In this document: positions 1-14,900 of the stretch, piece by piece
Numbering within the stretch: the first letter of the stretch is position 1
Layout: each line of letters begins with the position of its first letter
NCBI RefSeq assembly: GCF_009914755.1
Contig: NC_060930.1
Reading direction: 5' to 3' (one strand)
Length of the DNA stretch: 64,000 nucleotides
Origin: the human T2T-CHM13v2.0 reference genome, Homo sapiens
Program-made: the position numbers and the translations under genes
Notes under the pieces: generated by a model
Seen by the model: the letters and a program-made list of their open reading frames with translations, nothing else
The model's database searches: none
Told to the model about the DNA's origin: nothing

Positions 1-86
1 GCCACCACGCCCAGCTAATTTTTGTATTGTTAGTAGAGACAGTGTTTCACCAGGTTGGCCAGGCTGGTCTCAAACTCCTGACCTCA
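1..86 (-). mobile_element. Alu fragment (cut by window edge, 5'-truncated)
   Basis: gccaccacgcccagctaatttttgtatt...ggccaggctggtctcaaactcctgacctca is reverse-complement Alu linker and left arm. Confidence 0.95.
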
Positions 87-1039
87 TCACCTTGTGTTCT
101 TAAATGTCACTTGGGTTTCTTTTTAATTGGTGGGATTGTCATATTTTTAGAATTTCTACCATCACAGCTTGTGTCGCATGATATTTAATCTGAAATTACT
201 GTCACAAATTCATTAGGATATTTTGAGGTGTTTGAAAGAAAGAAGAAAAAATGAGATTTCCTACATTGTCACATAGTTCCAAAGGTTCCAGAAAGTAAAA
301 GCTCAGAAATATGACTATAAAATATTTTAAGTGATTACTAAAATATTATTTGGTGATAGGAATTGCCAAAACAAATGGACAGATTTTGTTTTTCTTTTCA
401 GTCTAGCAGAAATACAAATGTATTAAAATATATTAATGTTTTTGATATATCTGAAAGCAACAAGGGACTGGCATGTCAATGTGCAGCCTGTGACACTCTA
501 TTCTCTCATTGATAGGGATAAACTGGTTCATTTTTTTCTTTATAGAAGTGTACTCTAGTCTGAATCTTGCATTCTCTCTAACTTACATGGGCCAGACACT
601 GTAAACCCAGAAATAACAAAGTATAACTCAGTCCATTTCTCTGACTGAGTGTGCAAACCTATGAGCCAAAAATCAGCTTATATCTCCCCAGTGAGTCAGA
701 ATGAAAGCACAGAGAGAAAACCTTGGCTAAGGGAAGGAGTGAAAGAAGCATTGTACAATTAACTGAGACATGAAGACGTGCCTTATTTTCTTAAAATTAC
801 CTGGATAAAATGGAGGTAATTAACACCGTGTCCAAATGAAATACAATTTACATAGTTTTGTTTCAAAAGTAATCTGTTTGCTATCTATTGACATAAGTAA
901 AAATCTGAGTTGATTACCTAAGGTGAGTACAAATTCTTAATGCTGTATCACTGTAGTTCACATATAACATATTTCTGGCTATCTTCGAGTTCTATGATGC
1001 CTTGTGGGATTTAGAAAAGAAAAAAAAATCATTGGTTTT

Positions 1040-1570
1040 GATATTAGATAGTTCAAACCCTACCTCTGCCGATTACCAGTGATGGAGTACCGCTAATTTC
1101 TATGAGCTTCAACTTTTTAATTTATAAAATGGAGCTATTGAAGGGTTAGTGTGAATATATAGTTGTAACAGCCTCTCAAGTTACTTCTATGCTATAGTGG
1201 TTATTTCTTTGCTTTGGCTTATTGTTGATTCATTATTTTTTTACATTTGAAGCAAAATCTTGTGAGATTCATTAGAATGCTTTTTCTTATACTCATTCCA
1301 TGTCAAACTGGACTTACCAGTGATGACAGAACCACTATATTAAAATATATTTTTTTCTCAGTCATGTGTTTGCAAAAAAAAAATGTGTATTAAAAAGAAA
1401 TAAAGTACCAATAACCTGAGCGTTGTGTGCCTTCAACCTAATAGGTGTGTAACTTCTCTGGGTCACAGTTTTCTCACTTGTAGAATGAAAATAATAAAAA
1501 TATCTCTCTTGTTGTCTCACAAGATGTTATGAGAATCAAGTCAGATTTATTTAAGATGCTTCTTAAACTG
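1040..1570 (+). mobile_element. Two degenerate MIR fragments (~1040-1160 and ~1440-1570)
   Basis: MIR core-like motifs gttcaaaccctacctctgcc, tataaaatgg and cagttttctcacttgtagaatg. Confidence 0.55.
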
Positions 1571-3018
1571 TAAATCAATGTGCAAATTTAGTCTTTCCTC
1601 TATATTCATTTGCTTTCCAAGTAACTGTTTCATTTTTGCAGAATGATTGAATATTGGTGATTTTTTTACATTCTTGACATACTTTTTCATAGTCACACTA
1701 GATCTTTCAAAATGCCTGGCAGTAGTTAGGAGGGCAGCCTGTTGCCTAGCAACAGTGTTTTCTGAATGCCCACTTTGGCAACAGAGCTGATGGACACATC
1801 TATGCACTACTAAACTATTGTTCACACTTACCAAACAAATCTGTGGCATTTCTACAGCTCATTATGTGAACAATAATTTGATGACCATGACTAAGAACCA
1901 TGGGTGTTATAACATGGGTTAACAACTCTTAGACAATTTTTAAAGAAATTATATTTTACTTATTCATCATAATTATAGTATTTTATTTTTTTACTGACAT
2001 CTCTTTTATTACAATCATTACTGCCTATCAGTAAGAGCTACTGTCCTTGAATTTCACAAACATCTACAAAATTGTATGTTTCCTATATATTTGGTAAGTA
2101 TTCAGCCTTACTAAATACATACTTGTAATAACAGCAATAGTCAAAGCACAGCTTTATTTAAACTATCAAATAATTAACCTTCACAATGGATGTATAAACA
2201 GGCCCTTTATTAATAAATTTGTCATTGGTTGTTGCTGATTTTAGAAATGAATTCAAATTAAGCTAACATAAACCCTTAGTTTTACTAAATATCACAGTGA
2301 ATAGCTTTGTTCATATACATAAATATTAGTTTGTTAAAGAGAGCCCTCTCATAATTTCTTTGGGGTTTTTAATACTTGTAGTCCTTAGGTTCTTCTGAAG
2401 CACGTTTTTCTCAACGTGACCATGTAAATCACTGAAAGTGTGCAGGCATTTGGAGTAATCAGATATTTCTCAGTAATCAGCCTGAAAATAGTTCTGACAG
2501 TTCACATTAGAGCTAATTAGTTTGTGGCTATGTTAACTGATGTAAGACTAGCGGATTGTTGCCTTGGGTTTGTTACTTGCTCTTTTCCAAAGCCTTTGAA
2601 GCAATTATAATATCCCTTTGTAAAACCTGATATAATACTAGAGACAAGTAATACCTTGAGATTTTGCATTTGCACTTTAACATCTTATAATATGGCATTA
2701 GCAAGATAGATCATTCCTTGATGCCTTAAATTCAGGACATTAACTTTGGTTTGTAAAACCTACAATGGTGTCTAAATTCATCTAAAGTTTATTTCTCTTT
2801 GCTTGAGTCATCATATGACTTTTCAAAAAATGAAATCCTATACTTTATGTGTAGAGTCTTGTTTTACACACAGCATTCAAGAAACATGTGCAAATTATTT
2901 TTTTTTGCCACTTACTGTGATATATTCCCATGTGCTACTTCAGGAAAAGAATGGTTATAAGTAGTAGAGATTTTGGGGGTGGAAGAATTAAGAATGATGT
3001 TTCTTGGCATGCAACTTC

Positions 3019-3150
3019 TTTTTATTTAAAAATAGAGACCAGGTCTTGCCATGTTTCCCGGGCTGGTCTTGAACTCCTGGGCTCAAGCAGTCCTTCCACG
3101 TTGGCCTTCTGAAGTGTTGGGATTACAGGCTAGAGCCACTGTGCCCAGCT
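3019..3150 (-). mobile_element. FLAM (free left Alu monomer)
   Basis: Single Alu arm with ctcctgggctcaagcag; flanking TSD catgcaacttctt / catgcaaattctt. Confidence 0.9.
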
Positions 3151-4504
3151 TCATGCAAATTCTTAACATTGGTTGATCATAAAGTAAAAATATTGCAACA
3201 GTGCTATCTCCATGTCTGAACATAAGGCATACACATCTCTTTTCAATCAACAATGCCACATTTCTAGTTTTCACTAGAAATCTTAGTATAAAACAATATG
3301 CTACTCAATGAATAACAACCATTATTTTTTTTTAGAGAAATGGAAAAAAAATTAAAAAAAAAATTCATGGCCATAACCATTTGAAAAGATGTGTTATGCT
3401 ACTGTGATTAGGGGACTACAAGTGTAAAAATAGTTACATACTTATTTTGGAACCCATAGGATTGGGAAAAATGTAAAATTCTAACAATGTCAGGTTTTGA
3501 GATTTTCTGGAAAACAGCAACTCTACTACACTGTTAGTGGGGATTGAATGTATTGCCATCATTTCAGAGGCTATAAACTGAAAGTGTATACACTGTGACC
3601 AGCAGTTTTGATTCTAGGTATCTGCAAAAGAGATTAGCACATCTGCTAAAGGAGATAAGAACATAGATGAATTGTAAACAAATTAAATGTTAATTAAAAA
3701 AGGAAAAGGATAAGTAAATGTCGTACATTCTTATATGAAGAAACAATCCACTGCAAGCAGGATTTAGCAGAAATAACAAACTGCAGGATCAGGCCCCTAG
3801 AGAGATAAGAGGTACAGGAATGATGAAATAAAAAAATATAAAATAAGGCTACTGTGTTTAAAGAATAAAAGGTGGAATTTAAAGTATGATTGTGAAATAA
3901 AAGCCTGCCAAAATTCACAGCTAGATTTCTTTAAAAAAAGAATCTGATGGAATTTCCAGAAATCAGAACAGTATATAGCAATTGAAAGAAAAGCAACTTA
4001 TTACAGAGTTAAAGTTGTAATTAATTAAATGGAAGAGAGAGCAGAGGAAATTTGTTCAGAATGAAGATGACAGAAAAAGAAGTGGAAAAAGCAAAGGTGA
4101 AATTTGAGCAAATCTGGATTACAGAGAGACAGTCCACTCCATGTCAAAAAGGGTTCCAGAAGGAGATAATAAGAGGCAGAAAGCTGGTATTTTGTGAGAT
4201 AACAGCTGTTTTTCTGCCCTAGAATTTGTTAAAGATACAAATCCTCAGATTCAGAAAGGTTCACATATCTCAAGCAGGAAAATTTTTAAAAAGTCATACC
4301 TAGACTGTAGTAAAACTGAAGAACCCAGAAGACAAAGGAAAGATTTTAAAACCAATCAGAAGAAAAAAAGACTGATTACTTAAAAATTGACTGTTAACAT
4401 TGCAACAATAGAAACTGAAAGGAAATGGCAATGATATCTTTCATGTGCTGAGAAAGAACATTCAGCCCATAAATGTAAATTCAGAAAGACTACCCTTCAA
4501 TAAT

Positions 4505-5594
4505 TGAGATGGAAGACTTCCCTGGACCCCTTTGTGGGACTTGTCCTGGGTGATGGCTCATTTTGTTCGGCCACTGCACTCAAACCCCTTGAAGGAGGTG
4601 GAGCATGCAGGTGAAAGGGAGCATTCGGGGGCTGGGGCTGGGGCTAGTGCTTTTGGGCTCCGACCCCACTGTAGTATCTAGGGGTGTGTTACAATTAATA
4701 CTCTTTTAGCAGTTGCCATCCGTGGAGGGCTAAGTGTTAACCAGCTCAGTGGAGAGTCAGGGTGACAGCCTTTTACACCCTGCCCTCTTGGTACCCAGGT
4801 CCTTGTCTGGCATCCAGGAAGAATCAGGTAATATGGACTTGAAGGATGGTCAATGTGGACGTTTTATTGAGTGATGGAGGTGGCTCTCAGGGGAATGGGG
4901 AGCTGGAAAGGGGATGGAGTGTGAAGATATTCTTCCCCTGGAGTTCGGTAGTCACTGGCCGGACTCCTCTCACATTGTCCCCAGCTGAACTCCTCTTGTC
5001 ATTCAGATGCTTCTTCCTTCTTACCTTCTCTGCTGCTCTGCCTCTCTGCCACTCTTCTGCTCATGGAGCTTGGGGTTTGGGGTTCTTATGGGCAGGAGGA
5101 TGGGGGTGGGGTGGACCAGAGTTGTCTTGGAAAAGGCAACATTCAGATGCTGTATTAACTTGTTTTCATGCTGCTGATAAAGACATACCTGAGACTGGAA
5201 AGAAAGGGATGTTTAATTGGACTTATAGTTCCACATGGCTGGGGAGGCCTCAGAATCATGGCGGGAGGCAAAAGGCACTTCTTACATGGTGGGGGCAAGA
5301 GAAAATGAGGAAGATGCAAAAGTGGAAACCCCTGGTAAAACCATCAGATCTCATGAGACTTATTCACTACCACCAGAACAGTATGGGGGAAACCACCCCC
5401 ATGATTCAGATTATCTCCCACCAAGTCCCTTCCACAACACCTGGGGATTATGGGAGTACAATTCAAGATGACATTTGGGTAGGGACACAGAGCCAAACCA
5501 TATCAGGTGTGAGAATTCATTTAGGGCCACGGGTCCAAGTTTAAGGGTGGAGCCCTCACTAGGAATCCCACCCTCCTGCCTTCTGCCCATATCA
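4505..5594 (-). mobile_element. ERV1-class solo LTR (LTR1/LTR27/MER52 group)
   Basis: TG...CA ends (tgagatggaagacttccctggacccc ... ctgcccatatca); GC-rich; 4-bp TSD-like taat/ttat. Confidence 0.75.
5151..5505 (-). mobile_element. THE1 (MaLR) solo LTR nested in the ERV1 LTR
   Basis: tgtattaacttgttttcatgctgctgataaagacatacctgagactgg ... cagagccaaaccatatca matches the THE1 consensus. Confidence 0.93.
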
Positions 5595-6561
5595 TTATGA
5601 CACTGGAATAAAGGTATTGTCAGACAGCAAATACTGAGAGTGTTCGTTACCAACAAATTCTCCCTAAAGGAACTTTTACCCTTTACAGGGGAGAAAAGAT
5701 CACAGATCTGGTATACTAGAAGGAAATGTCAACAAATAAAATGGCAAGTTTCTGAGTAAACTGAACAAACATTTGTTATATAATAATAATAATAAACATA
5801 TCTAGTTTGGGGGGTTAAAATCAAGCTAGAATTGAAATCCTGGAGATCAGCATAATCATTTGTAAGTGGTCTTAACTCCCTTAATAAAAGACATTGATTG
5901 TCAAACATCAATTAAACTGCTTTATGTGAGATACAGCTGAAATATGACATGAAAGGAGGGTTCAACATAAGTGGTTTAAAAAATGTACATCAGGTATAAA
6001 TCAACTAAAGATGGCCATTGGAACCATACTAATACTTTACAAAACAGATTTTAAAGCAAAAATCTTAAAAGATAAAAAGAGGGTACTATTTTGGAAAAAA
6101 AGTTTCAATACATATAGCTTTAAAATATATAAAGCAAAATCTACATAACTCCAGGGAAAATAGATATATCCATTATTACATTCTTATAAAAAATCTAGAT
6201 TAAATTATTTTTTAAAAATCAAGAAGGATTTAAGATTTAAACAGCTCCATTAGCAGGTTTGGTCTAGTGGACATATATAGCACCATGTGCTCCAAAACTG
6301 AAGAATAAACATGCTTTACAAATTTTGTAAACATTTTGCAAAAATTGATGACATAAAAGGCTATAAGCTGAATAAATAATAAAATGCAAGTATTATACAT
6401 CATTGTTGTCCGATTGAAATACAGTTATAGACAGAAGAAATACACTGCCATTTTTGAGTTATAAAAATGGAAATAAATTTATATATACTAGAAATAAATT
6501 ACAAAAGTGGTCTTATTCTGTATATTCAGATATTTAAAAGGCATATTTCAAATGATCATGG

Positions 6562-6969
6562 TGGAACTGGCCTAATTGTCCCATAGAACTGATGTTTATT
6601 ATTTATTTTGAATAAACATAGGAATTGACCCTCCCAGACTTACAATTGTTACATTTGTCTTATCTGAGTTCTTTTCTCAGGAAACCAAGTTTCAGGCCTC
6701 CCAGATGGTATCAAGGAACTGAAACTTACTGATAACCAAATATGGACAATGAGATGGCCAGACCCCTCACCTGCCATTAATGCCTAACTGATTACCTGCT
6801 TACTGTTAGCCAATTATTCTTCCTTACCCCTCCCTAGCTGATCTCCCATTTCCTCACCTACAGCACCTAAGTAAAGCCTTCTTCCCTGGCAATACTCATT
6901 GTCTCAGTGATTGGCTTTCTCTGCAGTGAGCAGCAGGACCTAAATGAAACCTCTAGAGTTTCAGTAACA
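6562..6969 (+). mobile_element. ERV1 solo LTR (MER39-like)
   Basis: aattgtcccatagaactgatgttta start and gagcagcaggaccta...tttcagtaaca end; TSD-like atgg/gtgg. Confidence 0.7.
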
Positions 6970-7809
6970 GTGGGTCAAGGGAAAAATAAACAGGTAAATT
7001 AGAAAATATTTAAATTTGAAAAATAATAATAATTCTACTTGTCAAAGCATATATAAATGGACAACTTATAGGATTAAAATATTAATTTTTTTTCCTAAGG
7101 AATGAGGGTGGAAAATAGAGGCTAAGAAATCAATTTGAGAAAAAAACTAGAAAATGTTATAGAAATATTTTCTATCTTAAGGAAGAAAAAAATAAACCCA
7201 AAGTAAAATAATAAAAAGAAAAATTTTAATACCATAAAATAAATTAACAAATAGAAAACAAATATATCCTTGAAAGGATGAACAAAGATAAGACCAATTC
7301 TTTAAAAATAGAATGAAAATAACTTCTGGTAAGACTAATCAATAAAAAAGACAAAAAAAAAACTAGAAATAAAAAAATCATATGTAAAGAAGCAGCAGTT
7401 ATTTAAAAACATGACAAAGATAATCAATTTGCTAGTCCCGCATTGGGTAGTAGAGAAGCTGCTAAATTCATATCATATGGTCCACTTAGCTCTTTTAAAT
7501 CTGCTCTGATTAACTTTTTACAAGATAATCTTTCCCTGGAGTAGTAAAGGTAAACTCCCTGTAAATGTAATAGGGTAACCAGGCACATGAAATCGTAGGA
7601 TCTGTTTTTTTTATGTTTATTATTCTCTTTCTTTTAAATATTTATCTTTTTGTTGATGCTGTTAAGCAAATGATGCTGCCTGTAAACCTATAACTTCAGT
7701 TATATGATAATTAGGTTATTAGTTTTCTTTTTAGATGAGAACAGATGTTTATTTTTCTTTCATTTATCATAAAATTCCTGACATTCTTTGATTTTCTTTG
7801 ACTACTTTG

Positions 7810-8564
<755 letters not shown>

Positions 8565-9989
8565 TAATACTGAGGCAGGAGATCTTCTATTGTGCTTCTT
8601 AGCCACAGATTTGACAATAGAATCAATGTCAACCTGAGCAGTGTTGATTTGTTCTTCTCACATAAATCCTTAGGTATTAGTACAAAGATAGATAATCATT
8701 CAAGGTGTACAAACCAACATTGATTTCAATTTGAGAAACCTCCTTGTCAAGATAAGTCCTGCTACACCACTTTCTGTAACATAATTTTCCTCTAGCTTTC
8801 TCCTAGTCGGATGTTTAATTTAGGTAAAAGCCACTGCCTGAGAGAAACAAAGGACAGTACCAGTCTATATCCCTATGGTTAACCAGATATAGCACTAGGA
8901 AAATTTTTCATTAAAATTTCTCAGTGATAAACTGATTAATGTTTTTAATATCAGCAGATCCAATTAAGCCATAGTTATTCATGTTCATGTGTGATGTGAT
9001 TGCTAATTTGGTCAATTTAATTATAACTCCAATGAGTTATCCATTCATTAATAAGAAGCATGTTTTACCTTGAGCAATACTTGGACACATCAACAGACCC
9101 TTGACCTAAGTCATGTGTTGCTCCTGGGAAGAACTGATGGGTGACAGGTGACCATTTTTCAAAATCTATACCTGCCATTTGGTTTTGCCTCAATAATGTC
9201 AGAATCTTCATTTTTAGACAAGTTTTGTAGAAAATAACCCCAGAGGATTTGAACAGTCATGTCCTAGGGCATAGCACTTGCTGTCAGCTATTCTCCCTGC
9301 ATAGAAGATACATTGTGCTACTTCTATTTTTTAATGTTAAATTTAAGAGAAATAGAATAGGAATTGCGTTTTACTACTGTATCTAAAATTTTCCAGTTTA
9401 ATGTATTACAAATTTAATTCTGTTTCGTAGAAAACATCTATTAATAGTTTTCCACTCTAAAAATGAATTTGTTTATGTAGATCTACTTTGCTGATTGTAG
9501 TATTGTCTTTGAATTAGTGATCAATATATGGTGCTATTTCTCCCATGTAATACATGTAATACATGAGTCCAAGAATCAAGGGATGTAAACTAACACAAAG
9601 AATTGAATTATCTAATCAGGCTCAGAGATATTACCCAGTAACATGCTTTACTAATAAATTCAAGGGTACAAACAATCAAAAGGCACAGATGAAGCAGGAG
9701 AAGTCTGTGTCATTCTTTAGGAAGCCATGACTCATGAATTCATAAGTTGGCATACCATAAGCAACTCTAAACCAAAGACAAGGAAATCCTTTAAAAAGTA
9801 TCCATAAAGATTTTCTTTCTATTTAATGTCATTAGTTTATTTACCAAGATAGTGAGATATCAACTTGTTTGTAAGTTGATTAGACCACAGCTGTCTGTCT
9901 TCTTTCTTTCCCTTGGGTATTATTCCCCCTCATCTTTGCAATTGACAGAGAAATTGATCACTTGGCAACTTTAGCTCCTTTTTTCCCAG

Positions 9990-11065
9990 GGTGGAATGAG
10001 AGTGGCTTCCTTCACTATTATCCTTAACCTACCTGCAGAACTTTTGCTTCTCATCTCTGTAACTTTGAGCATTGCTGATTCAAAGGTCTTGGTTCCCAAG
10101 GGAAAAAAAATAATGCTTCCACCAGTCAATGCACAATGGTTCCGTTAAAATGGAAGTTGAGACTTTCACCTGACTATTTTAGTGAGTTACAATATTGGAT
10201 GAAGTGATGGGTCCAAGTTATCAAGGGGAAATACTATTGTGGCTATACAATGGGTCAGGGAGCACTACCTATGGACCCAAGGGAGTCCTCTGGGGTGCCA
10301 TATGTATTAATAAATATTAATGGAAAATCAAAATAATCCAAAATTTGCAAGACACTGAGGTTTCAGACGCTTTAGTGTCTTAAATGACCAAGTAGATATT
10401 TTCAACCTACTAAGGTGCTGGCCAGCTACAAAGGGAATACAGAATGGTTTGTGAAAGAAGGAGGTTATACATATCAACTATACTCATGGCAAGCTACAGA
10501 ATTAAGACTACTACAGCTGTACATATTTCCTTCTGTGATTATCATATGTGTATACATATGAACTAATTTTTTCTCCCTTCTTTCATCTTCTAATTTTACA
10601 TAAAGATTGTTGTTGATGGTTAATTTTACAATTAAGTTTTTAAGTTTCTCAATACTCATGAAATGTTGACAGAATTAGAGGAGAATTGACATTGCCCAGA
10701 TATTGACACTGAAGCAGTCTATTAGAAATGAACAGAATGACAGTTGGGACACTGCGTCTCCTTTTCGGGGGAGAGTATTTAAAAATGAAAGTATTTTAAT
10801 TTGTGTGAAGGATAGTTACATCTTATCTTATAAAGCATAAAGCTGTTGTTGTTATATGTGTAAAGGTGCAAAGTAGCCAAAAAGATAGACTGCCATTAGC
10901 TATTGTCTCTCAGCTCCAAATTCACCCTTCTCTATTCTGTTTTGTGATGATGGGGCTGGGACTTTGCAAAATATATTGCAAATATATTGCTGGCAAGAGT
11001 GCTTATCAGCTCTCTTCCTGTTAGGTTCTGCCAATGGAGGGCAATAAAGGGAGACTAGAAAACCC
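9990..11065 (+). mobile_element. ERVL internal 3' region plus start of an LTR33A-like LTR (from ~10891)
   Basis: ERVL-like ggtcttggttcccaagg...tggaagttgagact; purine tract gccaaaaagatagac before tg; LTR33A-like ctgttaggttctgccaatggagggc. Confidence 0.55.
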
Positions 11066-11275
11066 TGCTGAACTATGTTATTTGAGCTAGCATTTTATAA
11101 TGTGCTTTATTTAGGCATCTGATTTAAAATGGATACCTAGGAATTCTCCCAACTCTTCCTCTAAGTCCCTGTGAAAACAATGAAAAGATGAAAACTCATC
11201 ACTGAAAATACAGATAGTGTTACCGTATTGTCAGATTCTGAGAGTTCTTAAAAATTAATTTCAAGACTGGTGATA

Positions 11276-11924
11276 ATTGTCAATTCATGTCCTTGGCCCA
11301 CTTTTTGATGGGACTGTTTGTTTTTTTCTTACTGATTTGTTTGAGTTTGTTGTAGATTCTGGATGTTACTCCTTTGTCAGATGTATAGATTGTGAAGATT
11401 TTCTCCCACTTTGTGGGTTGTCTGTTTACTCTGCTGACTGTTCCTTTTGCCGTGCAAAAGCTCTTTATTTTAATTAGGTCCCAGCTATTTATCTTTGTTT
11501 GTATTGCATTTGATTTTGGGTTCTTGTTCATAAAATCCTTGCCTAAGCCAATATCTAGAAGGGTTTTTCCAATGTTATCTTTGAAAATTTTTATACTTTC
11601 AGATCTTATGTGTAAGTCCTTAATCCATCTTGAGTTGATTTTTGTATAAGGTGACAGATAAGGATCCAGTTTCATTCTCCTACATGTAGCTAGCCAATTA
11701 TCCAGCAGCATTTGTTGAAGAGGGTGTCTGTTCCCCACTTTATGTTTTTGTTTGCTTTGTTGAAGATCAGTTGGCCATAAATATTTGCGTTTATTTCTGG
11801 GTTCTCTATTTTGTTCCATTGGTGTATGTGCCTATTTTTGTACCAGTACCATGCTGTTTTGGTGACTATGGCTTTATAGTATAGTTTGAAGTCAGGTAAT
11901 ATAATGCCTCTAGATTTGTTTTAG

Positions 11925-11955
<31 letters not shown>

Positions 11956-12441
11956 TGGTCTTGCTATGGCTATGTGGGCTCTTTTTTGGTTCCATATGAA
12001 TTTTAGAGTTGTTTTTTCTAGTTCTGTGAAGAATGCTGTGAAGAATGATGGCAGTATTTTGATGGGGATTGCATTGAATTTATAGATTGCTTTTGGCAGT
12101 ATGTTCATTTTCACAATATTGACCATACTTATCCATGGGCATGGGATGTGTTTCCATCTGTTCATGTCATCTATGATTTCTTTCAGCAGTGTTTTGTAGT
12201 TTTCCTTGTAGAGGTTTTTTGACTCCTTGGTTAGGTATATTCCTGAGTATTTTATTTATTTTATTTTTTTGCAGCTATTGTAAAAGGGGTTGAGTTCTTA
12301 ATTTAATTCTTCACTTGGAAACTGTTGGGTATGGGTTGAAAAACTGTTGGGTACTACACTCACTACCTGGGTGCAATATATCCATGTAACAAACTTGCAC
12401 ACATATCCTCTATATCTAAAATAAAAGTTGAAATAAAAAAA
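11276..12441. mobile_element. 5'-inverted (twin-primed) L1PB-type insertion: minus-strand ORF2 piece (~11276-12331) joined to plus-strand 3' end and poly-A (~12333-12441)
   Basis: Minus-strand ORFs translate to the L1 ORF2 C-terminal region ([36 protein letters not shown]); forward piece ends ctaaaataaaagttgaaataaaaaaa; TSD aagactggtgata / atgactgatgata. Confidence 0.85.
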
Positions 12442-12935
12442 ATGACTGATGATAGAGAAATAAAGGACAATCAGTGAATGACACAGTCATATTCTGTGGC
12501 CAGAGCAGAAGACCCAACCTCAGAGAAATGTGGAATAAAGACACCCTTGATTCCTTTTCCTCATGACCCCTAGTACTTATGGTTGTTGATAAGAAGTTTT
12601 ATGTTATTCTGATCCATGATCCATTATAAATCACCGAATTTTTTTTCTCTCTGAGAGCATTTGAACTTTTTATTTATATGTGATGCTTTTAAATTTACAA
12701 TAATTTGCATTGATGTCTTGATTTTTATTATTCAATTTACAACTCACATGCTTGGCACTTATCTAAAGACTCACATGGAACTTCAGATCTATAATATTGT
12801 TTTCTATTATTTCTTTGAAAATTTCTTCCCTCTGTTTTCTCACTCTATGTTCTTATTAGTTGGATGTTAAACTCTTCTAAGTTGGTGCTTTTCCCTGGAT
12901 TGTAATTTTTGAATCTGCAGTCATTTTTTGTTTAA

Positions 12936-13273
<338 letters not shown>

Positions 13274-14407
13274 TGCATGTACATTTTTAATTAAAAATAT
13301 TATTTTTAGAGATTTTGTCTGCTGTCTGTCTTCTGCTGACTTTCCCAGAAGTGGCAACATCTCAAATTTCAGAATGTGGGCATATACTAAGGCAAAAATG
13401 CATGTTAATACTGATAGACCAGTTTGAAGATAAACACATTGTTGTTGTTTTTTTGTGATTTCTTTCTTTTATTTGGCTAACGGGATAAATCCTTGCCTGC
13501 CAGGCATTCTGTACACTGAAGTGGAAAGTTTCATTGTTTAGTATTTATTATCCAATTATTCCAATTTTCATACCCACCTTTTTTTTCACACCGGTGATTT
13601 ATAGTATTAAACGTTTCCAGGGTCTAGCCAGTCATATTAATTTCCTTTGCACACATCATAGGGGATGGATTCTCATACTGTATATCAATCACTACTTCTC
13701 TGTGTGTTCTCTATCTTGCAGAAAATTGAAATTACTGTATCTATCACTTTCCCCATGCCAAATGTCATTATTTTAGTTCACATACCCATAATGTCTCTTC
13801 TTTGACTCATAAAAGCCATGGTAATGTAACTTTCAGTTTCTTCTCATTTCAGTTAAAACTTGCTTTCACCATCAGGGTTTTCTACCTAAATAACAAATAT
13901 AATTATGTCATTATAATGTTTAAAAACTTCTCTAATTTCACCATTGACTAGGGAATTAAATGTAAACCTGTATTTTAGCCTACAGTGTCTGTAAAAATCT
14001 GTCCCCAACATAATATTTGTGTATGCTTTTAATAATTAGCTTAACTTGACAGTATTTTATTCTATATTTTCTAGACAGTATGCCTATTAGAAAAGGGGCA
14101 GGTTTTATTTACCTGCGCATCTCAGTGCCAAAAAAAGTTTGCCACAAAATTTTTTTATTAATTGATTCCAAACACTTTTCAAGAATTCCTACAATATCAA
14201 TTATTTGTCTAGATTCTGGATATACAGTTTTGAAGGAGACATATAGAATTACTGTTTTCATAAAAATCTGTCAGACACATTAAATATATGTGTAAAACTT
14301 TCCATCCTGTCTCCTTCCCATCCATGTCCTGCAGCTGAATTTTTCACGATTTTCATAAAATAGCAAGAATATTTAGAATTCTGGGTCTTGTCAATTCATT
14401 TCTGTGG

Positions 14408-14900
14408 TGTAAGACTTAAAATTAATACTCAGAATTATGTGCTACCTTGATATCTGGTAAAATCAGGAGGGCTTGAATGTCCTAACCACAAGTTCCCCTC
14501 TACATTCTGACTCCACAGATAAGGCCCCCTAGATAACCAACCCTATCTATCAAAGGATCAGGCATAATTCTGGTTCATCTCTGTATTGTGAGTTCAGTTT
14601 CCCAACAGCTATGAAATTATTCAAATAAGGAAATCACATTGTCCTACAGGAAACAGGAGTACCCCACCCTCTTGATGCCACAAAGCCAGTCTTCCATGAC
14701 CCCTGGCTGCTCACTCTGTTCCTATGCACAATCCCTGTGTGGTGCAGTGTCCCCTTCCTCCTAGATGTGAGTGTATGTGACTAATAGCTGCTGTTGATCT
14801 AATTTGTCCAGTGTTGGGAATATATATGCAATTGTTCCTACAACCATAGGGCAAGAAAACCTCTCTCACCAATGAGATGAATAGGGAGCTATTGAAATAA
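14408..14900 (+). mobile_element. ERV1-class (MER4-group) LTR
   Basis: Starts tgtaagacttaaaattaat...tgtgctaccttgatatctgg; LTR-like composition; subfamily uncertain. Confidence 0.55.

Larger units (their letters stand above)
3950..7400 (+). mobile_element. Old L1M ORF1/ORF2 remnant interrupted by LTRs
   Basis: A-rich L1-like motifs (cctcagattcagaa, agacaaaggaaagattttaaaa, acagattttaaagcaaaa) resume on both sides of the LTR inserts. Confidence 0.7.

Noticed and set aside
1300-1900. Minus-strand donor-like sites (gacttacc ~1311, cacttacc ~1825)
   Set aside because: Matching acceptors are weak and the peptides are unrecognisable; not enough support for exons
5395-5420. DUX4 site in the THE1 LTR (also checked in MLT2A and MST LTRs)
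   Set aside because: The TAAYBBAATCA-type motif appears disrupted in these copies (for example tgattcagatta)
4846-5544. Longest ORF (232 aa)
   Set aside because: Runs antisense through an ERV1 LTR and the nested THE1 LTR; no recognisable domain; chance ORF in GC-richer repeat DNA
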